64,000 nt of DNA from Gemmatimonadota bacterium (GTDB lineage: Bacteria > Gemmatimonadota > Gemmatimonadetes > Palauibacterales > Palauibacteraceae): contig JBDHAC010000005.1 of assembly GCA_039588275.1 (NCBI GenBank), forward strand, positions 1 to 64,000, written 5' to 3'. This document shows, piece by piece, positions 10,163-18,550 of this stretch (positions are counted from its first letter, which is position 1; each line of letters begins with the position of its first letter). The translations under genes were made by a program, and so were the position numbers. A model generated the notes under the pieces. It saw nothing but the letters and a program-made list of their open reading frames with translations. It ran no database searches and had not been told where the DNA came from.

Positions 10163-10636
10163 ATGAGACGGACCCTCGCTACAGGCTCGCTGCCGCTCCT
10201 CCTCGCGCTTCTCTTCTCGACCCCGGGCACCGCCCAGCAATGGGACGCGGAGCAGCTCGAGGTGTGGGGCGTGATCCAGGCTCAATGGACCGCCACCATG
10301 GAGAAGGATGCCTCTTGGCCCGACACCTTTCTCGCCGACGATTTCCTGGGGTGGGGAAACGAGCAGCCGGCTCCCAGGGACGGCGCGTCACAGCGGATGT
10401 GGGCCCGGTACGACATGCAGAACTCCACCACGCTCGTTCAGGACCTTTACCCGCTGGGCATCGTGGTTCACGGAGACGTGGCCGTCGCCCATTACTTCTA
10501 TTCGACGGCAGCGGAGACCCCGCAGGGTGAGCGGGAAACGACCCACGGACGGTACACCGACGTGCTCGTCAGGGACGGCGGGACATGGCGCTTCGTCGCC
10601 TGGCACGGCGGCGACGAGCCCGACGACAACGACTGA
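10163..10636 (+). CDS. Secreted NTF2-like (DUF4440-type) protein
   Basis: GGAGG SD before ATG 10163; signal peptide; VHGDVAVAHY...GRYTDVLVRDGGTWRFVAWHG. Confidence 0.82.
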   Translation: MRRTLATGSLPLLLALLFSTPGTAQQWDAEQLEVWGVIQAQWTATMEKDASWPDTFLADDFLGWGNEQPAPRDGASQRMWARYDMQNSTTLVQDLYPLGIVVHGDVAVAHYFYSTAAETPQGERETTHGRYTDVLVRDGGTWRFVAWHGGDEPDDND

Positions 10637-10689
10637 GCCGATCCACTGAGTCAATGGGCGGAGACGCCTAGCGCCGACCGACAGGCGTT

Positions 10690-11637
10690 ATGACCGATCC
10701 ATCCGCGGCGGCGTATGGCGGGCCGAATTGGCGCCCGCGCTCGACCGATCTGAGAGCCGAGCTCGGTGACATCTGGGCCCCGTTCTCGGTCGGATCGGAA
10801 TGGACGCCCCTCACGGATGTGCTGCTCCACCCCCCCGGCCCCGAGCTGAGCGTGGCTGGGGAGCCGGATGGCGCCTTGATGCTCGCCGCGCCCGACTGGC
10901 AGCGAGCGTCCGCACAACACGAGGCGCTGAGCCAGGCCTATCGTGACGCTGGCGTTCAGGTGCACTTCGTGGATCCGGCGCCCTCGCCTTCCCCCAACCA
11001 GATGTTCGTCGCCGACCTGATGTTCATGACCCGTTGCGGCGCGATCGTGGGGCGGCCGGCCTCACCCGTCCGCGCCGGCGAAGAGCGCTGGGTCGCCCGG
11101 CGGCTCGCGGACCTGGGGATCCCGATCCTGAGGACCGTAGCGGGCCGGGGCACGTTCGAGGGTGCCGACGCGGCGTGGCTCGATGGCGAGACGGTCATCA
11201 TCGGGCGCGGTTTACGAACGAACGAAGAGGGTGCACGACAGGTCGCCGCAACCCTCGAGGAACAGGGCGTGGGGACTGTGCTCGTGGATCTGCCGCGCGG
11301 ATCCATGCACCTCATGGGCGAGCTGAGGTTCGCGGATCGCGACCTGGCTTACGTGCGGCCGGGGCGGACCCCCGAAGGCGCCATCGAGGCGCTCGAAGGT
11401 CGTGGTCTGCGGGTGAGCCCGTTTCCCGCCGAAGACGAGAACCTCCGGGGCATGGCGCACAATTTCGTGACGCTGGGGCCGCGGCGGATCCTGATGGCGG
11501 CGGGGAATCCGATCTCGGAGGAGGCCTACGGGGACGCCGGTCTGGATGTCGTCCCGGTCGAGGTGGACGAGCTGGCCAAGGCGGCCGGAGCGATGGGTTG
11601 TCTGACCGGGGTGCTCGCCCGCGAAACGGCAGGATGA
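10690..11637 (+). CDS. Amidinotransferase/pentein superfamily hydrolase (arginine deiminase/dimethylargininase-like)
   Basis: SEWTPLTDVLLHPP, NQMFVAD, RAGEE, FEGAD, GLRTNEEG, MHL, and C-terminal ELAKAAGAMGCLT with the catalytic Cys. Confidence 0.88.
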   Translation: MTDPSAAAYGGPNWRPRSTDLRAELGDIWAPFSVGSEWTPLTDVLLHPPGPELSVAGEPDGALMLAAPDWQRASAQHEALSQAYRDAGVQVHFVDPAPSPSPNQMFVADLMFMTRCGAIVGRPASPVRAGEERWVARRLADLGIPILRTVAGRGTFEGADAAWLDGETVIIGRGLRTNEEGARQVAATLEEQGVGTVLVDLPRGSMHLMGELRFADRDLAYVRPGRTPEGAIEALEGRGLRVSPFPAEDENLRGMAHNFVTLGPRRILMAAGNPISEEAYGDAGLDVVPVEVDELAKAAGAMGCLTGVLARETAG

Positions 11638-11657
11638 TCACCGGCTCGGAGGCATAG

Positions 11658-13031
11658 CTGAACTCGAGGGTAGCGGCCTCGCGCACCGGTTCGTCGAACT
11701 CCTCGGCCGCCCCCTCGTCGGAAGACTCCGAGCTTCCACGGCGACTGGGTTTCTGGAGCGCCACGGCGATCCTCGTCGGCGCTACGATCGGGAGCGGCAT
11801 CTTCCGCGTCCCCAGCTCCGTGGCCTCGGCCGCGGGTTCCAGCACCGGGTCGCTGATCCTCTGGGTCGCCGGGGGCCTGATCACGCTCTGCGGTGCGCTG
11901 ACGATGGCCGAGCTGGCCGCGATGTTCCCCCGTCCCGGCGGCACGTACGTGTACCTCCGCGAGGCATACGGAGACGGCGTCGCGTTCGTCTTCGGCTGGA
12001 CCCGCCTGCTGCTCATCCAGCCCGCCGTCCTCGGCGGAATCGCCGTGATCTTCGGAGCCTACGCGCAGGCCCTGATTCCGCTGAGCGGTCTTGGCGTACG
12101 TGTCGTGGCCGCGTCGGCGCTCGTGATCCTGGCGCTCGCGAACCTGCGATCCGTCGGGCTCGGCGCCGCGATCCAGAACGCGAGCACCGCCGCGAAGGTG
12201 ATTGCGCTCATCGGACTGGCGGCGGCCGCGTTCGCGCTGGGCGAGCCGGCCGAGGGTGGGCTCCTCGGGTCCCGGGTCACGGGGTCCACCACGGCGAGCG
12301 GGCTCGGGATCGCGCTCATCGCCGTGCTGTGGTCGTACGACGGGTGGGCCGAGCTGCTGTACGCGGCCGGCGAGGTGAAGCGACCGCAGCGGACGGTGCC
12401 CGCCGCGCTCCTCATCGGGTCGCTCGTCGTGGTGGCGGTCTACCTCGTCGTAAACGCCGCCTTCCTGTATGTGCTGGCGCTTGATGAGGTGGCCGCCTCG
12501 GAGCTCGTGGCCTCCGACGCCGCTACGCGCATCTTCGGTCCCGTCGGTGCCTCGATCGTCGCGGCGCTGGTCATGCTCTCGACCTTCGGGGCGCTCAACG
12601 GCGCTCTTCTGGGCGGTCCCCGCGTCTTCTTCGCCATGGCTCGCGACCGGGTGTTCTTCGCCCGCATCGGCGCCGTTCACCCCCGGTATCAGACCCCGTA
12701 CGCCGCCATCGCGCTGGCCGCCCTCCTGGGTGTCGGCTACGTGTCGCTTCGCACGTTCGAGCAGCTCGTGGAGGCGTTCATCCTGGGGATCTGGCCCTTC
12801 TACGTCCTGGTCGTCGCCGGGGTGTTCCGGCTTCGGCGGCGGCGGCCCGACCTCACACGCCCATACCGGACGTTCGGGTATCCGGTCGTACCCTGGGTGT
12901 TCTTGCTCGCGTCCGGGGCCATGCTGGTCAACGCTCTCGTGACCCAGCCAGCGTCTGCCGCGTTCAGCTTCGGAATCGTGCTTTTGGGCGCGCCCGTGTA
13001 CCTGATCTGGCGCACGAAAATTGCACCTTGA
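11658..13031 (+). CDS. APC family amino acid permease (probable CTG start)
   Basis: The conserved TM1 (LPRRLGFWSATAILVGATIGSGIF) lies upstream of the track's GTG 11820. In-frame TAG at 11655 is followed by CTG 11658, with GGAGG at 11648-11652. Motifs ELAAMFPRPGGTYVYLREAYG, WSYDGW, RPYRTFGYP. Confidence 0.9.
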   Translation: MNSRVAASRTGSSNSSAAPSSEDSELPRRLGFWSATAILVGATIGSGIFRVPSSVASAAGSSTGSLILWVAGGLITLCGALTMAELAAMFPRPGGTYVYLREAYGDGVAFVFGWTRLLLIQPAVLGGIAVIFGAYAQALIPLSGLGVRVVAASALVILALANLRSVGLGAAIQNASTAAKVIALIGLAAAAFALGEPAEGGLLGSRVTGSTTASGLGIALIAVLWSYDGWAELLYAAGEVKRPQRTVPAALLIGSLVVVAVYLVVNAAFLYVLALDEVAASELVASDAATRIFGPVGASIVAALVMLSTFGALNGALLGGPRVFFAMARDRVFFARIGAVHPRYQTPYAAIALAALLGVGYVSLRTFEQLVEAFILGIWPFYVLVVAGVFRLRRRRPDLTRPYRTFGYPVVPWVFLLASGAMLVNALVTQPASAAFSFGIVLLGAPVYLIWRTKIAP

Positions 13032-13162
13032 TCCGGGTGATACGGCAGGGCAGCTTGCGTTCGTAAGCGCGGGTCGGTCGCCTCAATGAGCCCACGAGAA
13101 AACGTACAGCCGAGCGTCCCGGCGACCCTTCCGCGGGGATGCCATGATCGAGGGGGACTCCC

Positions 13163-15973
13163 TTGGCTACCATAGATATCGAGACCGAAGCGCCCGGTTA
13201 CCCGCACGAGTTCGATGTCGACGTCGCGCTCCGTGACGGGACGGTCGTCCGCATACGACCCATACGCCCCGAGGACGCCGAGCTCGAGGCGCGCTTCATC
13301 AAGCGCGTGAGTCCGGAGAGCTCCTATTTCCGCTTCTTCACGGTCAAGCCCGAGCTCACCGAGGAGGAGCTCTCTTACTTCACGCACGTGGACTACGACC
13401 AGCGCATGGCGTTCGTGGCGATCCACGACGATGAGATGGTCGCCGTCGGTCGTTACGATCTGATCGAGAGGGAGGGCGCGCCCGACGCTGTAGGCGAGAG
13501 CGCTACCGTCGCCGACGAGAGCGAAGACGTCGCGGGCGATGGGGTCGCCGAGGTCGCGTTTCTGGTGGAGGACGCCTACCAGGGGCGCGGGATCGGAACG
13601 CACCTGCTCCGCCTGCTGTCCGCGCATGCCCGCCTGCACGAGGTCACGCGCTTCCGAGCGTTCGTGCTCGCCGAGAACGAGCGGATGCTCCGCGTGTTCC
13701 GCGATTCCGGCTACGAGGTCAGGCGCGAGCTCAGCGGCGGCCTGTTCGAGCTCGAGATCCCCACGCAATACACCGAGGCGGCCCGCAAGGCAGCGGCGGA
13801 CCACGAGAAGTGGGCCATCTCGACCTCGCTGAGCGGGTTGTTTCGACCGGAGTCAGTGGCCGTGATCGGGGCGAGTCGCGATCCCGCCTCGATCGGGGGC
13901 CAACTGTTCGGGAATCTCCTCGGTACGGGCTTCGCCGGACCTGTATACCCCGTGAATCCGAGCGCCCGGGTGGTTCGCTCGGTGCGGGCGTATCCTTCCA
14001 TCGGCGACGTTCCGGAACAGGTCGACCTGGCCTTCATCGTGACCCCGGCGGCGCACGTGATCGGAGTCGTCGAGGAATGCGCCAAGGCAGGCGTGAAGGC
14101 CGTCGTGGTGATCTCGGCCGGGTTCGCCGAGACCGGCGAAGAGGGTCGGGCGCTTGAACGGGAACTGGTCGAGACGGTGCGCGCCGCGGGCATGCGCATG
14201 GTGGGTCCGAATTGTATGGGCCTCGTGAACACCGACCCGGAGGTGTGCCTCAACGGTCAGTTCGGTCCGGTGTTCCCGGTCGCCGGCAACGTCGCCATGT
14301 CGAGCCAAAGCGGGGCACTGGGCTTGGCCATCATCCAGCAGGCGGCCGACATCGGAATCGGCATCTCGTCCTTCGTGTCCGTCGGGAACAAGGCCGACGT
14401 GGGCGGGAACGATCTGCTCCTGTTCTGGGAGGATGACCCCGCGACCGACGTGATCCTGCTCTACCTTGAGTCGTTCGGAAACCCGCGCCGCTTTGGCCGG
14501 CTGGCGCGCCGCGTGGGCCGCAAGAAGCCCATCATCGCGGTGAAGTCTGGACGCTCCCCCGCCGGTGCCCGGGCGGCCGCCAGCCATACCGGGTCCATGG
14601 CGAACGTCGAGGTAGCGGTCGAAGCGCTGTTCCAGGACGCGGGAGTGATCCGGGCGGAGTCGCTTCCCGACATGTTCGATCTGGCGACCCTCATGGCCCA
14701 CCAGCCGGTCCCGGCCGGTCGGCGCGTAGCGGTGCTCACCAACGCGGGCGGCCTGGGGATCCTGTGCGCGGACGCGCTCTCGGCGCACGATCTGGAGCTG
14801 CCGGAGCTCTCGGAGGAGCTACAGGCGGAGCTTCGACAGTGGCTGCCGGCCGCGGCATCGACGACCAACCCCGTGGACATGATCGCCTCCGCCAAGCCGG
14901 AACAGTACTCCTCGTGCCTCGGCGCGCTCACGGATAGCGACGAGGTCGATGCGGTCATCGTGATCTACATCTCGACGGTGATCGGGAGCGGAGAGTATGT
15001 CGCCGCGGCCGTACGGGACGTGGCGGAAACGAAGGGCGAGGACAAGCCCCTCCTGGGCGTGATCATGCAGGCCGGTGGATTACCGCGTGGGCAGGGCTCC
15101 ACCCGGGGAGGAATCCCCCTGTATCCGTATCCGGAGCCCGCCGCGCGAGCCCTGGCTGCGGCCGTGAAGTACGGGGAGTGGTGCGATCGCCCCGAGGGCG
15201 AGCACGTGACCTTCGAAGATGTGGATTCGTCCAGGGCGCACGCCGCCGTGGATGCGGCCCTGGACGCCCTCGAGCCGGAGGGAGGGTGGCTCGAGCCCGA
15301 TGCGGTCAACGAGGTCCTGGAGGCCTTCGGTCTCACGACCGTCAAGGGCGGGACCGCCCGCTCGCCCGACGAAGCAGCCGCGATCGCGGAGAAGCTGGGA
15401 GGAGCCGTGGTCCTCAAGGTGCTCGCGCCGTCTGTGGTGCACAAATCCGACGTGGACGGCGTCGCGCTCGACGTGCGCGGCGCCCGAGAAGTCCGCCAGG
15501 CTTATCGCGCCGTCACCGCGGTCGCGCCGGACGCGGAAGGTGCGCTGATCCAGCAGTACGTGGAAGGTGGTCACGAGGTCATCATCGGCATGACGGAGGA
15601 CCCGGTCTTCGGGCCGCTGATCGTGTTCGGAATCGGTGGGATCTACGTGGAGCTCATGCGGGACGTGGCGTTCCGCATCCACCCCGTCTCCGACCGCGAC
15701 GCCGCGACGATGATCGGCGAGGTCCGTGGGGCGCGGCTCCTGGAGGGTTACCGGGGCAGCCCTCGTGGGGATGTGGAGGCCGTAGAGGAAGCCATCCTGC
15801 GGGTGTCCGCGCTCGTGGAGCACCTTCCCGAGATTGTGGAGATGGATCTGAATCCGGTCATCGTCCGCGAGCCCGGCGACGGGATTTGCGTCGTAGACGC
15901 TCGCATCCGCGTGCGTCAGGTGCCGGCCACTTGGCTACCGAGCCGTAAGGACATTCCGGGTGTGATGCGCTGA
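13163..15973 (+). CDS. GNAT acetyltransferase fused to an NDP-forming acyl-CoA synthetase (Pat-like protein lysine acetyltransferase; GNAT N-terminal)
   Basis: N-terminal GNAT (IRPIRPED, RFF, AEVAFLVEDAYQGRGIG); CoA-binding SVAVIGAS, GPNCMG, SQSGALG, SVGNKAD, AASHTGS, TNAGG, NPVD; C-terminal ATP-grasp HKSDVDGV, EMDLNPV. Confidence 0.93.
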   Translation: MATIDIETEAPGYPHEFDVDVALRDGTVVRIRPIRPEDAELEARFIKRVSPESSYFRFFTVKPELTEEELSYFTHVDYDQRMAFVAIHDDEMVAVGRYDLIEREGAPDAVGESATVADESEDVAGDGVAEVAFLVEDAYQGRGIGTHLLRLLSAHARLHEVTRFRAFVLAENERMLRVFRDSGYEVRRELSGGLFELEIPTQYTEAARKAAADHEKWAISTSLSGLFRPESVAVIGASRDPASIGGQLFGNLLGTGFAGPVYPVNPSARVVRSVRAYPSIGDVPEQVDLAFIVTPAAHVIGVVEECAKAGVKAVVVISAGFAETGEEGRALERELVETVRAAGMRMVGPNCMGLVNTDPEVCLNGQFGPVFPVAGNVAMSSQSGALGLAIIQQAADIGIGISSFVSVGNKADVGGNDLLLFWEDDPATDVILLYLESFGNPRRFGRLARRVGRKKPIIAVKSGRSPAGARAAASHTGSMANVEVAVEALFQDAGVIRAESLPDMFDLATLMAHQPVPAGRRVAVLTNAGGLGILCADALSAHDLELPELSEELQAELRQWLPAAASTTNPVDMIASAKPEQYSSCLGALTDSDEVDAVIVIYISTVIGSGEYVAAAVRDVAETKGEDKPLLGVIMQAGGLPRGQGSTRGGIPLYPYPEPAARALAAAVKYGEWCDRPEGEHVTFEDVDSSRAHAAVDAALDALEPEGGWLEPDAVNEVLEAFGLTTVKGGTARSPDEAAAIAEKLGGAVVLKVLAPSVVHKSDVDGVALDVRGAREVRQAYRAVTAVAPDAEGALIQQYVEGGHEVIIGMTEDPVFGPLIVFGIGGIYVELMRDVAFRIHPVSDRDAATMIGEVRGARLLEGYRGSPRGDVEAVEEAILRVSALVEHLPEIVEMDLNPVIVREPGDGICVVDARIRVRQVPATWLPSRKDIPGVMR

Positions 15974-16362
15974 CCCAAGTCACACGTGCGACCCATTTCC
16001 CATCATTGGACACCTAGGATCCGGCGCCCGGATGAAGAAGACGAGGCTCGCGTCGCGCGAAGTCGATGGGACGTTCTGACCCGAAAAATTCCAGCTGAAA
16101 CTCGCGTCCCATCCTCGAGCAGAGGCGAGCTTCGTCGCGTCGGCGAACTCGGTAGCGGCGAGCGCCGCGTACCCCATCGCGCCCCTCTCTCTCAGGTCCT
16201 ACAAGCGCTTTCCCAAGAGAAGGTAGATGACGCTATCAACCGGCTATGAACGCGACGGGAGTCCCGCGCGGCGCCACCTGCGTCCCTGCGACGCACACTT
16301 GGCCCCGGGGTTGTCGACGTGCCTCCGAAGCGTAGCGGACGACCGGACGACGCGGCGTGTCC

Positions 16363-17016
16363 CTAGGCCAACCCGTGCTCTTCCTTGAAGGTCGGCCACT
16401 GCTTCTTGAGCTCGAGGAAGCTCTCGAAGTCCTCGCAGCGTAGGAAGGGATTGACCAGCTTCTCCAGTGCGATCGTGGAGGACGGACGACATCCGTAGTC
16501 GTGTCCGGGCCAGATCGTGGTATCGTCGGCGAGCTCCTCCAAGACGCGCTGCAGGCTTCGGTACTCGGCTCGCGCGGCCTCCGCGGTTCCGGTGCCCCCG
16601 ATCTTGCCCACGAACAACAGATCCCCGGTGATGGCGACCCGCTGCTCCGGCAGGTGGATGAGCACGTGATCGTCCGCGTGTCCCGGCACGTGGAGGATCT
16701 GGAGCTCCAACGAGCCCAGCTCGATACTCTGCCCGTCCACCAGCGGCACATCCGGGGGCGGGTGGGCGCTCTCGTGCGCCGCGACAGGAGCCCCTGTCAG
16801 CTCCCTGCCCCGGTCGTTTCCGTTGGTGTGATCCTGGTGTCCGTGGGTGTTGAGGATCAGCTCGACTTCGAGACCCTGCACCGTGGCTCGCTCGACGAGG
16901 GAGGCAGGAGCGTAGGCGGGATCGATGAGAGCCGCGATGCCTGCCGCGCGATCACCGAGCAGGTACCCGAAGTTCCGATCTCCGCCGGTCCGAATCTGCT
17001 CGAAGATGAAGTTCAT
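16363..17016 (-). CDS. MBL-fold hydrolase (hydroxyacylglutathione hydrolase/glyoxalase II-like)
   Basis: NTHGHQDHTNG (HxHxDH), PGHADDH, TGDLLFVGKIG, WPGHDYG, EKLVNPFL. Confidence 0.9.
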   Translation of the reverse strand: MNFIFEQIRTGGDRNFGYLLGDRAAGIAALIDPAYAPASLVERATVQGLEVELILNTHGHQDHTNGNDRGRELTGAPVAAHESAHPPPDVPLVDGQSIELGSLELQILHVPGHADDHVLIHLPEQRVAITGDLLFVGKIGGTGTAEAARAEYRSLQRVLEELADDTTIWPGHDYGCRPSSTIALEKLVNPFLRCEDFESFLELKKQWPTFKEEHGLA

Positions 17017-17193
17017 GGAGGTCCTCTCGATTGCCGGGACGGGCGTGACCAGCAGGTCCTCGACGCTGGATCAATATGCCCTCTCGCTCACCTAAGGACG
17101 ATGGGCCACACTCCCTGGTTGCTCGCGGTCTTGCAGCGGTCCGCGAGCCCCCTAGAGTGTGTGACCGCGATCTCTCGAGCCGAGGCGGACGCG

Positions 17194-18396
17194 ATGCCTA
17201 CAAAGCGGTTCATTCGCACGGCAGCCCTGGCGGGCCTGCTTCTCTGCGGAGGCGCGCCTGCCCGCACCCCCCTGAACGCTCAGGATGCTCCCAACGTCGG
17301 GATGGTGCCTCGAGACCTGGCCGCGGCGGTCGAGCAACGGTGCCAGGCCGAGTCGGAGTCGGGGGACCCTCCCCTGGGGGAGGTCGTTCTGGTGGGTCGG
17401 GTGGTAGACGCGGTCACGGGTGATGTCCTACCGGATGCGATGGTGTGGGTACGCCCGGTCGACGGTTTCTTCGAGGTCATTCGTGCCGGCCCCACCGGTC
17501 TCTTCCTCATGTGCGGTTTGCCGGGCGGCATGCAGCTCGAGATCCAGGCCTCCGGGCCGCTGAAGCTGAGCGAGCTCTTGACGGTGGACCTGCCCGAGCG
17601 CGGGGTCGCGCTCCACGACGTCCCGGTATCCGAGACGACGCTGGCCGTCGTACGAGCCTCGAGCTCTACGACTTCAAGCGTCTCGAGCGACGGGGCCGCG
17701 CGGCTGCAAGGCGTGGTGCGCTCCGCCGAGACGGAAGAACCGCTGGCCGGCGCCCGAGTCACACTCCTGGGGCTCGGTCTGGACGCGGTCACCGAAGAGC
17801 AGGGAACGTTCACGATCGGTGAGGTCCCGCGCGGCCGTCACCGCGTGGTCACCGAGTATCTCGGCATGGCCTCGGACACGATCACCGTAAACCTCACGGG
17901 TGACCTCTGGAACGTCGCGCTCTTCACTCTTCAGACCGCGCCGGTCGCCGTCCCGGAGCTTCACGTGGAGGTGCAGCGCACGTACGCGCATCCGCGCATC
18001 CAGGGGTTTCACGATCGCATGAAACGGGGTCTGGGGGAATTCATCGCCCAGGAGGACATTGGCGTTGTCGATGTCGTGTGGGCTTTTCGGCGGATCCCAG
18101 GAGTAACCGTCCGGCAGTGTGTGCGATCGGGCTTACGCGACACGGGGTGCTACACGTTGAGCATCGGGCGAGGCTTTGGGCTCGGCGGGAGGTGCGGGGA
18201 ACCCCTCGTCTACCTGGACGGCCACCTGATCGCCGGTGCGGGCCTCCCCCGAGGAGATGCGATATCGCGACTGAATGCGGTTCTGCACCGCCTGGAGGGG
18301 ATCGAGGTCTACCGGAACGCCGCCAGCGCGCCCGGGCGCTTCCGCAGGCTGGGGGACGCGTGCGGGATCGTCCTCGCCTGGACCCGACCGCGCTGA
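17194..18396 (+). CDS. Secreted protein with two carboxypeptidase-regulatory-like (Cna-B-like) domains and a C-terminal plug-like domain, no beta-barrel
   Basis: ATG 17194 with signal peptide; VGRVVDAVTGDVLPDAMV and LQGVVRSAETEEPLAGARV repeats; C-terminal CxPLVYLDG...EGIEVYR...ACGIVLAWTR. Confidence 0.78.
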   Translation: MPTKRFIRTAALAGLLLCGGAPARTPLNAQDAPNVGMVPRDLAAAVEQRCQAESESGDPPLGEVVLVGRVVDAVTGDVLPDAMVWVRPVDGFFEVIRAGPTGLFLMCGLPGGMQLEIQASGPLKLSELLTVDLPERGVALHDVPVSETTLAVVRASSSTTSSVSSDGAARLQGVVRSAETEEPLAGARVTLLGLGLDAVTEEQGTFTIGEVPRGRHRVVTEYLGMASDTITVNLTGDLWNVALFTLQTAPVAVPELHVEVQRTYAHPRIQGFHDRMKRGLGEFIAQEDIGVVDVVWAFRRIPGVTVRQCVRSGLRDTGCYTLSIGRGFGLGGRCGEPLVYLDGHLIAGAGLPRGDAISRLNAVLHRLEGIEVYRNAASAPGRFRRLGDACGIVLAWTRPR

Positions 18397-18416
18397 TCCC
18401 CACCACGACTCTCTAG

Positions 18417-18517
18417 CACCGGAAACCAGCGAACCACGCGCCCACCGGAAACCAACAAACCACGCGCCGGTAACAACGGAGCTACAGCGACCGGCGTCCC
18501 CGCAAAGACCACGCGCC
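18417..18517. repeat. Intergenic ~26-bp tandem repeat (two near-identical copies plus two degenerate ones)
   Basis: CACCGGAAACCAGCGAACCACGCGCC (18417-18442) and CACCGGAAACCAACAAACCACGCGCC (18443-18468), 2 mismatches; ACCACGCGCC recurs near 18508. Confidence 0.8.
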
Positions 18518-18550
18518 GTCACAGTCAACGCCCAAACCGGAGTCCCCGAC

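Noticed and set aside
18417..18517. Repeats here and at 42715 and 50246 as possible mini-CRISPR arrays
   Set aside because: Units are directly adjacent with no unique spacers, there are only 2-4 copies, and no cas genes are in the window.
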